Below, piece after piece: positions 1-9,561 of a stretch of 64,000 nucleotides of DNA. Each line of letters opens with the position of its first letter. Position 1 is the stretch's first letter. Under the pieces are notes generated by a model. The model saw only the letters and a program-made list of their open reading frames with translations. It was not told the origin of the DNA and searched no databases. The DNA is from a virus, in the IMG/VR virus record IMGVR_UViG_3300010430_000022, positions 10,466 through 74,465 of that record; one strand, 5' to 3'. The position numbers and the translations under genes were made by a program.

Positions 1-2
1 AC

Positions 3-728
3 GTCCTCTTCAATGAGAAGGCGGTAGACAACGCCAGCGTTGCAGCCGGACAGGTTCGCGTCTCAGAGTTCGTTCCGAACGGGGCAGCCGTGGGATCGTC
101 TTGGCAAGAGAACGATCTTACCGCCACTGTGGTGCCCGCCGCATGGCGAACCGGCGGCGCGTTCGCAAACCTGTTCAGTCCGTACGCGGCCTTCAATGGC
201 TACGTGGAGACGAGCACTCCAGGTGCGCCCGAGTTCTATGCTTGGCGCCACCACACCGTTAACGCAGTCGCGACGTCCACCTTCTGGACGTGGAACGGCA
301 ACGCCGCGCTTATGACAGTCGTCAATAGCGATGTGACGTCCGAGGTTCAGATTGCGAGCGGGCCAAACACCACGGGTGAGCACATCTACACCGAAGGCGA
401 CTTCGACGTCACGCTAGAGAACGCAGCCGTTGAGCCTGGAAAGGTTCTCTTCGACTTTCAGGCGCACTCTCCGCTCGACGCCAGTTCGCCAACGAACAAG
501 CAGGGCCGGCTCTACTACTCAATCGGTGGCTCGGACTGGGCCGTGGCTACGCTGAGCACGGATGCGCCTACTGTCGTATCTGGCGGGGACGCTGCTCCGA
601 CGATCAGCGCCAACCTGCTTCAGGGAATCGTAGTTGGCTCCTCGAAGTTCCGCGCGACCTGGGACGCCATTGCTGACGGCTTCACGGACGCGGGCGAGCA
701 GGTCGAACTCATGCTGAACGTCTTCTAG
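3..728 (+). CDS. Virion structural protein, 5'-truncated by the window edge
   Basis: Frame open from position 3. C-terminus (RLYY...WDAIADG...LMLNVF) resembles the C-terminus of 939..2399. Confidence 0.6.
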   Translation, partial: VLFNEKAVDNASVAAGQVRVSEFVPNGAAVGSSWQENDLTATVVPAAWRTGGAFANLFSPYAAFNGYVETSTPGAPEFYAWRHHTVNAVATSTFWTWNGNAALMTVVNSDVTSEVQIASGPNTTGEHIYTEGDFDVTLENAAVEPGKVLFDFQAHSPLDASSPTNKQGRLYYSIGGSDWAVATLSTDAPTVVSGGDAAPTISANLLQGIVVGSSKFRATWDAIADGFTDAGEQVELMLNVF

Positions 729-736
729 GAGCGCTC

Positions 737-934
737 ATGGCAACCACAGAAATTACCTACGAGCATCCACCTGGTAGTGGCTCTGAGGGCTGCAAGCGAA
801 TCTTCGATGACGCTTACGTTCTTCAGTCAGATCGGGGCCCTCTTCGTGCAGACGAGGTAGTGGTGGGAGACTGTCTCCAGACGACACCTCGTTACAAGAC
901 GCTGGTGCTCGCCGTCGCACCTGTGATGGAGTAA
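737..934 (+). CDS. Small protein resembling an N-terminal Hint/intein fragment
   Basis: AGGAG RBS; 'SDRGPLRADEVVVGDCL' resembles the intein N-terminal 'T.RG...I.EL.VGD.V' pattern. Confidence 0.5.
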   Translation: MATTEITYEHPPGSGSEGCKRIFDDAYVLQSDRGPLRADEVVVGDCLQTTPRYKTLVLAVAPVME

Positions 935-938
935 ACCC

Positions 939-2399
939 ATGCCAATTCCTGAGCTTCTAGTCGGAAACGTGTTCATCTCGGGCGCTCCACAGATTTCGGA
1001 GCTTGTCGGCGGCACATCGCTAAACGCTATTGGTTCCCTGTTGAGCGAGGCTGCTGCTGATACAGGTAGACCGAGCACCACTTGGGGCGACCCGACGAAC
1101 CGTTGTATCGAATATCGCGGTGACATCTACGCGCTGTTCTACTTCGGCTCGAACACTTGTCGGATCCATCGCTACAACCGACCTGCCGGAACATGGGGCG
1201 TGGCCGCCGGAACGGGTTGCGTGTCTGGCAATCAGACTGGTCTGTATATCGCCAACACCGGCTCAACGCAGCGGATCTTCTCGGTCAGCCGCAATCTCGG
1301 CGGGAGGTTTCAGATCGCCTGGGCAGACCTGGGAACGGTTGCGTGGACGCACACGGACACTGGTACTTCCGAAGGCGGAACAGGGGTATCCCCGCCGTGC
1401 TTGTTCAACAACAAGCTCTACCAGCTTCATGATGGCGGGGCTTGGGAAGTAGATCCTGTTTCGCTCACAGCGGCGCAGGTGACCCAGGTCTGGGACACGC
1501 AGACGACAAACATCAGCGGTGATCTGTGTGTCTTCGACGACCGACTGTTCGCCCTTATCGCTGAGTCCGGGGGAACACGACAAGACTTCTCCCTCTGGGA
1601 GTTCACTGGAGGTGGCTGGACTCTGAATCTGGAGATCACAACCGACGGTCGAATCAATGGCTACTCTCAAGTGGATGAGGGGCAGGTCTGCTTGTTCAAG
1701 GATCCAGGGGCGAACAAGCTGATTGCTATCTGCAACGGATCGAACAATGGCGCCAATACGGGTGCAGGCTCAATGGCGTTCGAGTTGACGCCCTCGGGTT
1801 TGACCTTCACGCCGAATGAGATCACCAGCACCGTGATCCCAGCCGCGTTCCGTCCAGGCGTCCGGGGAGCAAGCAACGACGCCACCGAAGATCGGTGGTA
1901 CGGCTACTCGAACAATGACGTTCCCGGCTCACCGGAGTTCTTCCTGTTCTTCGCTCAAGGTCCCGCACCAGGCACCGCCTACACCGTCTACCAGTGGGTG
2001 GATACAAGCACGGTCATGACGTCGCTCGGCGCCGGACCAAGCAAGATATTCACGATTCCGCACGGGAAGTTCGGAGGCGGGGCCAGGATCAACATCGCCA
2101 GCGGAAATCAGTGCGCAATCGAGTCAGGCACCGCCGTTCTAGGCGCCTACAGGATCAACTATCGCGTCTATGGGGCGGTTGCCTCTCAGAGTGTCAGGCT
2201 CTACTACGACGAGGAGCAGGAGTCTCCCGTGACACAGGCGACGATCATCGCGCAAACCGGTGGATCCGGGATTACAGCCAACGCTGTGACTGGGGTCACT
2301 GGAGACGATGGTGTAACCCTGTTCACGGTGGATTGGGATCTCGCAGCAGACGGCGTAGCGAACGGTGACGCTGTCCACATCATGCTCGACATTTCCTAG
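939..2399 (+). CDS. Putative beta-rich/propeller virion protein
   Basis: 486 aa, G/T/S/W-rich, in the structural gene cluster. Confidence 0.55.
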   Translation: MPIPELLVGNVFISGAPQISELVGGTSLNAIGSLLSEAAADTGRPSTTWGDPTNRCIEYRGDIYALFYFGSNTCRIHRYNRPAGTWGVAAGTGCVSGNQTGLYIANTGSTQRIFSVSRNLGGRFQIAWADLGTVAWTHTDTGTSEGGTGVSPPCLFNNKLYQLHDGGAWEVDPVSLTAAQVTQVWDTQTTNISGDLCVFDDRLFALIAESGGTRQDFSLWEFTGGGWTLNLEITTDGRINGYSQVDEGQVCLFKDPGANKLIAICNGSNNGANTGAGSMAFELTPSGLTFTPNEITSTVIPAAFRPGVRGASNDATEDRWYGYSNNDVPGSPEFFLFFAQGPAPGTAYTVYQWVDTSTVMTSLGAGPSKIFTIPHGKFGGGARINIASGNQCAIESGTAVLGAYRINYRVYGAVASQSVRLYYDEEQESPVTQATIIAQTGGSGITANAVTGVTGDDGVTLFTVDWDLAADGVANGDAVHIMLDIS

Positions 2400-2415
2400 C
2401 TAAGGGTCTTTAGTC

Positions 2416-3606
2416 TTGTCCAAGCCCAGCGCAATCTTCTCAGGTTCCGCATCTGCACTGCGAGTGCGATCTCCGAGTGGGATCGCTGCGGTCGCGGCAC
2501 AGGCGCTCAGGGCTCGCGCACCCAGTGCGGTGAGCACACCTACTGCTGGATCACTTGGCATTCTCGTCCCTACCATCAGCAACAAAGTCTCTACGTTCGC
2601 AACGGACTTTGCTGCTAGCTCTTCCACAGTCTCCAACGGGATTCAGTTCTTCACCGAGACTCTCGGCGGTGTTGCTTCCACAAGTAACAAGACCGGGATC
2701 TTTGATTTCACCATTCCACCTTCGTCTGTATTAGGACCAGGCGCCGATGGCTTCCTAGAGAACCCGGTCACAGCCTCGCTTGGACCTGGCACTGACGCAC
2801 CAGTTGATTTCATCCCGAGCGCCTCGCTCGGGCCCGGCACCGATGGTGAGATCGGGTTCTATCTCTTCAATACCAGTGGTACTCCGTTTCGGTTTGTCCG
2901 TGACGTAGCCATTGAAGTTTCGCAAGGCGCTCCATTTCGCTATACGCGCGGCGCCGGACTGGTCGCCCGAGTGGGTTCGCCTTTCCGTTGGGTGCGAGGA
3001 GCCCCGTTCCCGTTGTTCGGATTTAGTGGGACCACAGGCGGTCAAGTCCCACCACCGGACCCCGTGCGCGGATTTGGAGGCGTCTCTGGCGATCTCGCCT
3101 TCCTTGCCCCGCCTCCAAACATCTACGGCGGTCTCACCGGCGACATCGCGGCAGTAGGGCCTCAGAGAGGCTTTGGGGGCCTGACGGGGGGCTCTGTCGC
3201 TTTCACCGGTGTTGCTCCGGCGGTGCGACTCACTGCCGTAGGTGTTGCTCCTAGCGTCATTGAGCTTGCGTGGGTCATCATCGGCGGCGCTCAGACTGGA
3301 TTTCGGATCGAGCGCTCTCCTAACGGACAGGGTATGTGGACGGTGATCGGGTCCGTTCCTGCCGATTTCGTCCTCTTCCTCGATCTAAACGCGACCCCAC
3401 TCGTGGTTTTCGACTACCGGGTGATCGCCTTCAACCCCGCAGAAGACGCTCCGCCCTCGAATATCGCCTACGCCTACTCCCCAGCACCGGGTGGCCCACC
3501 GCCTTCTTCTACGCCCTTGCCCTCGCGTAACCTAGAATTTCTGAGCCCGGGTGCCTACGGACTCGAAAGAGACGTGGATGGAAACGTCGGGGGTAGTAAG
3601 TTCTAA
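2416..3606 (+). CDS. Virion protein with C-terminal fibronectin type III domain
   Basis: 'LTAVGVAPSVIELAW...GFRIERS...W...F.D...DYRVIAFN...SN' is an FN3 pattern; internal ASLGPGTD repeats. Confidence 0.65.
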   Translation: MSKPSAIFSGSASALRVRSPSGIAAVAAQALRARAPSAVSTPTAGSLGILVPTISNKVSTFATDFAASSSTVSNGIQFFTETLGGVASTSNKTGIFDFTIPPSSVLGPGADGFLENPVTASLGPGTDAPVDFIPSASLGPGTDGEIGFYLFNTSGTPFRFVRDVAIEVSQGAPFRYTRGAGLVARVGSPFRWVRGAPFPLFGFSGTTGGQVPPPDPVRGFGGVSGDLAFLAPPPNIYGGLTGDIAAVGPQRGFGGLTGGSVAFTGVAPAVRLTAVGVAPSVIELAWVIIGGAQTGFRIERSPNGQGMWTVIGSVPADFVLFLDLNATPLVVFDYRVIAFNPAEDAPPSNIAYAYSPAPGGPPPSSTPLPSRNLEFLSPGAYGLERDVDGNVGGSKF

Positions 3607-3625
3607 TGGGTGAGGAGATCTACTC

Positions 3626-4627
3626 ATGGCCTTCGTTTACGCTGACCGAGTCAAAGAACAATCGTCATCCGTTGGACTTGCGTCGATGGTGCTCTCCGGC
3701 ACTCTGCCCGGGTTCCAGGATTTTGCCACCGGAATTGGTGACGCCAACCAGACTTACTACACCATCGTCAACACGGCGGATAACACCTGGGAGGTAGGAA
3801 CCGGGACCTATACGCTCGCTGGCACGTCTCTGAGTCGCGACACCGTCTTCGCCTCCTCTAACGCCAATAGCCCTGTAAGCTTCGCTGCTGGCACCAAGAC
3901 GATCATCGCAACGGTAGCGGCCCAATTCTTTGGGGCCGCTCTCACGGCCTCCACTCATGCCGTACTGAACCACTCGGGCGTGCTTGGCGTTCCCGGCCCC
4001 GAGACCTTCACTGCCGGCGATCACGATGTGGTGGATCACACTGGGCTCCCGTTCCAGCTTCTCGATGAGCCTGCTCATAACGCCATTGACCACACCATTG
4101 GTCAGGTCAAGAACCTGCTTGACGAACCTACCCACGACGCTCTCGATCACACTGGATTGAACGGCGTTAACGCTTTCGACGCCGCAGCCCATGGACTAGA
4201 GAACCACGCCGGTATCCTGGGTGTCCCGGCTGCTGAAACCTTCACCTCGCCGGTTCATACAGCAACAGATCATGCCTTGATCCCCGGTGTCTTTGCGCAG
4301 GCTACACACGCTGTGGAGGATCACACGGGAATTATGGGTGTCGGCGTCACCAACTACGCCTTCCAGATCAGCGCGGAGCTTGGGGGCGGCGCGGTCCACG
4401 CTCTTGGTCGTATTTACGACTTTCCAATGGGCATCGGCACTGTCAAATTTGCCGTCTGCGGGTTTGCTACCCACAACGACAACAGCGTCTTTCCAGATGA
4501 TGGGGCGCTCATCACTAACACTCAGATCAACTTTCCGGTGGCCGGGACCGTTCGCGTCACCTTCAACACCGCAGGTCCCGGACTGTATGAGTCTTCCTTG
4601 CTCTTTTCCTGCACCGCCTACAGCTAA
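3626..4627 (+). CDS. Tail-fibre-like protein with His-rich repeats (paralog of 8473..9558)
   Basis: N-terminal 'ADRVKE...WEVGTGTY...LSRDTV..SSN..V.F.AGTK' domain typical of phage fibres; repeated H...DHTG units. Confidence 0.65.
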   Translation: MAFVYADRVKEQSSSVGLASMVLSGTLPGFQDFATGIGDANQTYYTIVNTADNTWEVGTGTYTLAGTSLSRDTVFASSNANSPVSFAAGTKTIIATVAAQFFGAALTASTHAVLNHSGVLGVPGPETFTAGDHDVVDHTGLPFQLLDEPAHNAIDHTIGQVKNLLDEPTHDALDHTGLNGVNAFDAAAHGLENHAGILGVPAAETFTSPVHTATDHALIPGVFAQATHAVEDHTGIMGVGVTNYAFQISAELGGGAVHALGRIYDFPMGIGTVKFAVCGFATHNDNSVFPDDGALITNTQINFPVAGTVRVTFNTAGPGLYESSLLFSCTAYS

Positions 4628-4640
4628 GAAGGGTTGATTC

Positions 4641-6599
4641 GTGCCAGGCGAGTTTTCGATCTCCGAATTTCCAATCAGCGACTCCGTTACCGGAGGCGCT
4701 ACCAGTGGTCCTGCGTTCGTCTTCAGTCCGGAGAACGTGAAGTACCGCTATGGGGAGCGTTATGCCTCGGAGTCGTCGAACCGCAAGTTCCTGGGTATCC
4801 CTCTTGGAACATACCTAGGGTTTACTCCGAGCTTCAGCAACGACATTCTGACCCTCTCAGCCGACGCTGAGTTCGGCTACTGCTTCGCCCGCATCGCCTC
4901 TCAAGACGATCCCCTCTACATCTTGGATGTCATCATCCAAGACGACGGGATTCTTGACTTCACGAACCACAACAGCTTCCCCGTCAACGTGGTGCTCAAG
5001 GTCAATGGCAAGTTGGGATTTCCTCATTCTGCTGAGATCGTGACGCAGTCTGCTGCGCCTACTTATCCGACCGAGATCCTTCTGGGCGTTGTTACTGCTC
5101 CCAACACCATCGATGTTTCCGAGCCCTTCAATCGCGACACACCGTACGCCTACTCCGGAGCGCCTTTCGGCTACGGCTTCATGAAGAGCAATGCGGTTGA
5201 GGATCTTCTCGCGGCGATCTCCCTCAACACTGAAGTAGCGGCTGCTCGAACTGACTTGACCGGATTCACCCATCCGGATCTCAACGCCAGAATCGAGGCG
5301 GATGGCGCCCCCTCTGCTGTGGCTGATCGTCTTGGTAAGGAGATGCGGACGATCCTGGCAGACGATTTCGTTGTGGCGGCTCCGACCGATACGCTCAACG
5401 TCAGTCGAGCCTTCTCACGGTTCCATCGGAACATCTCTGGGATCACCCCGATCCAAGACTTCGATGGATTCGCCTCTGAGACACGAGTAGGCGCCATTAC
5501 GTCAGGGACGGTGCAGGATCCGCCACCTGTCGGAGCTTTCACCGATCCAGAGCGCAACGTGTGCGCGATCATTGACGCTACGTCTGAGGCTCGTCTGACC
5601 GATTCGACGCGTCAGGTCGCCTATGGACGTCTCGTTCATGACGAGATCATCCTTTCGGGGACAGACATTACCTTCAACGCCGCCTCGACGACCGTGAACG
5701 GATCGGGCACCCTCTTCACGATGCAGGTTCAGATCGGGGACATCCTTCAAGACCCGATTAGTGGTGACTACTTCGAGGTTGCCGGCATTACCTCGGACGT
5801 GGCGCTTGATCTCTCGGTTCCCTTTCCGAACGCTACTACGCCTCCAGCTACTCCTCCTGGTCTGCGGCGCCGATTTACGCTCAACGCCAGGACACGATCA
5901 GGTCCGGACACCGACGCGTTGTTCACCATGCCGGCGTCTACGGTTCGCGTCTACTTCAATGCCTGGTTCTCGGTCGAAGTTGCGCAATATGACTACTCGA
6001 CCGACCTCTTGCGTGCGTTCGAGGAAGATCCGGTTATCAGCGCGACCACCGGCGCGGCAGGTAAGGCCCTACTGATGTCTGGCCTGTCAGAGGGTAAGGC
6101 AGGCGCTATCTTCGCAACGCAACAGCTTGGGTTGCAGATTGGCTCGCCGCACATCTACTCAGTTGATTTCAATGGTGCTGCTAGTGGTGGCGTTGGCGTC
6201 GCCAACATCACTCAAAGAGGCCCTACCGGTGCAACAGGTGCTCCTGGCGGCGCCGGTGTCCCAGGCCCTCCAGGTGCGCAGGGTCCACAAGGCCAAGGCT
6301 TCGACGCATTCTCCTCGTCTAATCTGTTTAGGGAATCTCAGGTCTTTGACCACGGCGCACTGGGCTCCGGGGTGCAGTATTCATTCTCGGCGACCATGGA
6401 TGGCGCGGAGCCCCTTTTCCTGACGGGCGGAAACTCGGAATGGTTTTCGCCATGGAGGTTCGATTCCGATGACCACTGGCAGATCGATGACATCGTGGTC
6501 GTGAGCGGAAATAACGTGCGGATGGACCTTCGTGTTCCAACCGGTGGATCAGTGGCCGCACATGTTCGGTTTTTCTTGAACGCGGCGACGACGAACTAA
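4641..6599 (+). CDS. Fibre/baseplate protein with short collagen segment (paralog 1 of 3)
   Basis: Shares G.P.G.YLGF.PS and 'A.RLG' blocks with 6602 and 9562; Gly-X-Y run GPTGATGAPGGAGVPGPPGAQGPQGQG. Confidence 0.65.
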   Translation: MPGEFSISEFPISDSVTGGATSGPAFVFSPENVKYRYGERYASESSNRKFLGIPLGTYLGFTPSFSNDILTLSADAEFGYCFARIASQDDPLYILDVIIQDDGILDFTNHNSFPVNVVLKVNGKLGFPHSAEIVTQSAAPTYPTEILLGVVTAPNTIDVSEPFNRDTPYAYSGAPFGYGFMKSNAVEDLLAAISLNTEVAAARTDLTGFTHPDLNARIEADGAPSAVADRLGKEMRTILADDFVVAAPTDTLNVSRAFSRFHRNISGITPIQDFDGFASETRVGAITSGTVQDPPPVGAFTDPERNVCAIIDATSEARLTDSTRQVAYGRLVHDEIILSGTDITFNAASTTVNGSGTLFTMQVQIGDILQDPISGDYFEVAGITSDVALDLSVPFPNATTPPATPPGLRRRFTLNARTRSGPDTDALFTMPASTVRVYFNAWFSVEVAQYDYSTDLLRAFEEDPVISATTGAAGKALLMSGLSEGKAGAIFATQQLGLQIGSPHIYSVDFNGAASGGVGVANITQRGPTGATGAPGGAGVPGPPGAQGPQGQGFDAFSSSNLFRESQVFDHGALGSGVQYSFSATMDGAEPLFLTGGNSEWFSPWRFDSDDHWQIDDIVVVSGNNVRMDLRVPTGGSVAAHVRFFLNAATTN

Positions 6600-6601
6600 G
6601 C

Positions 6602-8464
6602 ATGGCAGTCTTTCCACTACAGGTCTTCACTCAGAACGGCGCGCAGGCGGGCTTCAACGAAGACTACAAATCGTCCCCTCTGGGTGTTCGATACGCCGGG
6701 CAACCAAAGGGTGCCTATCTTGGGTTCACCCCATCCGTCCTCGGCTCGGAGCTTACGCTCGACGTTGACCCAACCTTCGGCTATTCCTTAGTCAAGGTGG
6801 GCTCAGACGTCAATCCGAGTGGTATGGATGTCTTCGTCACAGATCCGGTGGTCCTAGACTTCGTAGGTCAACCTAGCATTGACTTCCCGATGAACGTGAT
6901 GGTGCGGGTCTCCTACTATGACGACGGTTCGGTTCCGACAACCGCAGAGGTGTTTTCTCGAAGTGCCACCGTGGCGGTGTCAGCAAACGAGGTGCTGCTC
7001 TGTGTTGTCGACGGCCCTGCTGCTGCGCTCACCTTTGCGGCTGATCCAACGCTAGAAGAGCGTGACGTTCCGCTGGCTTATGGGCACGTCAACTTTGGGT
7101 TCATGCCCGGTGGTTCGATTGAGAACCTTCAAGCGGCTGCGGACATCGTTAACGAAGTGATCGCTGCCCGTACCGGTCTCGATAGCACGGTCTACGCGGA
7201 TCTAGCTGCGCGAATTGCAGGGGACTACAGCGCTGAGAAGATGGCCGAGCGACTCGCGCTAACCTTCCGTGCGTTGCGAAGCAACGACTACGTCGTCGCA
7301 GCAGGAGAAAGTAGCGTCAAGGTCTCTGGTTCATTCTCTGAAGTCGACCGCGCACACGAACCGATGCTCACTCTCGATGGAGACGGAGGCGAAACCACTG
7401 AGGGGGCGATTGCCGATCCAAACGATATCTCCCGCAACGTGGTCTTGGTTGTGGACGCGTCGACAGGTTATCGACCCATTGATGATGAGACAGAGCGCAG
7501 AACCATCTTCGGAAGAATCTCAGGACCCAATCAAAAGGTGGTTGGGGGAGAGTGGCAATTCCTAAATGCGTCCAAGGACGTCGCAGCGATTGATGAGAAC
7601 GGTCAAGCGACCATCGAAATGGAGGCAGGAGACGCCATTCTCGGACCTGACGGGATCTACTACGAGGTCGAGACGGTTCTCACCAACAACAGCATTGAGC
7701 TTCGAACCGCGTTCCAAGGATCTTCCGATACCGTTTCGTCAGCGCAGATCAGGCGATGGGAGCTTGCACTCAAGAAGATCGTTGGAGGTGTAGAGATAGA
7801 CGCGGAACTCCTGGCTAGCACCACGATCAGGTTCTTCTTTCCAGCCTTCCTCTCTATGGAGCAAAGCAACGCCGACTGGCGCATGGCGATGCATACATCG
7901 GCTGAGCGAAAACCTCTTCCTAGCGCGACTACTGCAATTCCAGGTCTGGTTCGTCTCGCCGAGACCGGTGCTCTTCTCGGGGCAGTGAACATTCAGAACG
8001 CGGGGGTCCCGCTTGGCGGTGGACCGTTCCATACCCTCAACTTCAACGCCGCTAACGCTTCGGTTGTCGCTGTACCAGGCAGTCCGCAAGAGGTTCAGGT
8101 TGTTGAGATCGGTCAAGTAGGCGCACCTGGTGCGGCAGGCGCAAGCGGCGGGCCTGGTAACCCAGGTGGTCCTGGTCCAGGCTTCAGCACTCTCAATCCA
8201 TTCGAGATTAGTACCGAGCTTCCAGGTACACCAGGAATGATCGTCATGTGGTCTTTCACGAGGGATATGGGCCACAATGTTCGCTATATTCACGGCGGCA
8301 TTGCTAAGTGGCGGGATGCTGGCTTCTTCTCTACCCCTGGTGACCGCCTCGACGTCTCTGACGTAGTGATCGCTAGTCCAACGGAAGGTCGCATCGAGGG
8401 CAGCATGGGTGGTGCCTTTGGTGACGTCTTCGTTACCCCATTTCTTAGTTCTGCTGGTGATTAG
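6602..8464 (+). CDS. Fibre/baseplate protein with short collagen segment (paralog 2 of 3)
   Basis: GQPKGAYLGFTPS; GPDGIYYEV; Gly-X-Y run near the C-terminus. Confidence 0.65.
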   Translation: MAVFPLQVFTQNGAQAGFNEDYKSSPLGVRYAGQPKGAYLGFTPSVLGSELTLDVDPTFGYSLVKVGSDVNPSGMDVFVTDPVVLDFVGQPSIDFPMNVMVRVSYYDDGSVPTTAEVFSRSATVAVSANEVLLCVVDGPAAALTFAADPTLEERDVPLAYGHVNFGFMPGGSIENLQAAADIVNEVIAARTGLDSTVYADLAARIAGDYSAEKMAERLALTFRALRSNDYVVAAGESSVKVSGSFSEVDRAHEPMLTLDGDGGETTEGAIADPNDISRNVVLVVDASTGYRPIDDETERRTIFGRISGPNQKVVGGEWQFLNASKDVAAIDENGQATIEMEAGDAILGPDGIYYEVETVLTNNSIELRTAFQGSSDTVSSAQIRRWELALKKIVGGVEIDAELLASTTIRFFFPAFLSMEQSNADWRMAMHTSAERKPLPSATTAIPGLVRLAETGALLGAVNIQNAGVPLGGGPFHTLNFNAANASVVAVPGSPQEVQVVEIGQVGAPGAAGASGGPGNPGGPGPGFSTLNPFEISTELPGTPGMIVMWSFTRDMGHNVRYIHGGIAKWRDAGFFSTPGDRLDVSDVVIASPTEGRIEGSMGGAFGDVFVTPFLSSAGD

Positions 8465-8472
8465 GAGGAAAC

Positions 8473-9558
8473 ATGCCCCTTGTGTTCGGTGACAGGGTCA
8501 AAGAGACCTCTACCTCGGTCGGGCTTAGTAGCTTCGTTCTTGACGGAGCCACATCTGGGTTCCAATCGTTCGCCATCGGGATTGGCAACGGTAATCAGTG
8601 CTTCTACACCATCGAGAACGACACCGACGCCTCTTGGGAAGTCGGTATCGGGACCGTTAGTGGGACGAGCATTTCGCGTGACTCGGTCCTCAGTTCCTCG
8701 AATGGCGGCTCTCCTGTCAATTTCGCAGCCGGCACTAAGCAGGTCTTTGCTACTGAGGCGGCCCAACACTTCAACAACACGCTCGATGTGGCGAACCACA
8801 ACATTCTGGACCATACGGGCATTACGGGTGTTCCGGCTGCCGAGGTCTTCACAGGCGTCGTTCACCAGACACAAGACCACGCTGGAATCCTTGGTGTTCC
8901 GGCTGCTGAGGCTTACACGCAAGCGGCCCACGATGCTGACGATCACACTGGCGCCTCGTTGATCGCACCACCATCTACTGTTGAGGCGCAAGCTGGCGTC
9001 TCGACCACAGCGCGGCTGTGGACCGCCGAGCGGGTGAAGGACTCCATTGACGCCCTTGGCTCTGGCGCCGAGTCCTACGACCAGGCCGCTCACGACGCTG
9101 ATGACCACACCGGAGCAACACTGATTGCCCCACCCTCTCAGGTTGAGGCTGAAACCGGTACTTCCACAACCGCACGACTGTGGACTGCGCTACGCGTGGC
9201 TCAGGCCATCGCGGCACAAACCGGGCTTCAGGTCGTGGCGTCCCATGTCGTTCTGACGAACACCATCACCATCGCAACTGGCTTTCTCCCAAGATTGGCC
9301 ATCTTTGCGGGACGATACAACGGTCTTACAGCTACACCTACCATCGGATACGCCATTGGCGCTGGTGGAGGTAATCAGGGTTGTACCGTGGCCGGTGGGC
9401 TCGAATCGGTCCCTGGGTTTATCGCTGCGGACTCTGGTGGCGATGCGGTCGTTGACGAAGCGCACGAAGTTGTTCAATTCGACGCTACGCAGGTTCAAGC
9501 GACGCAGACCACAGGTACTACAACCTGGACCGGCATCGTTTTCGTGCTGGGGGGTTAA
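8473..9558 (+). CDS. Tail-fibre-like protein with His-rich repeats (paralog of 3626..4627)
   Basis: AGGAGG RBS; GDRVKETSTS N-domain; duplicated 'QAAHDADDHTGA.LIAPPS.VEA..G.STTARLWTA.RV'. Confidence 0.65.
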   Translation: MPLVFGDRVKETSTSVGLSSFVLDGATSGFQSFAIGIGNGNQCFYTIENDTDASWEVGIGTVSGTSISRDSVLSSSNGGSPVNFAAGTKQVFATEAAQHFNNTLDVANHNILDHTGITGVPAAEVFTGVVHQTQDHAGILGVPAAEAYTQAAHDADDHTGASLIAPPSTVEAQAGVSTTARLWTAERVKDSIDALGSGAESYDQAAHDADDHTGATLIAPPSQVEAETGTSTTARLWTALRVAQAIAAQTGLQVVASHVVLTNTITIATGFLPRLAIFAGRYNGLTATPTIGYAIGAGGGNQGCTVAGGLESVPGFIAADSGGDAVVDEAHEVVQFDATQVQATQTTGTTTWTGIVFVLGG

Positions 9559-9561
9559 TCT

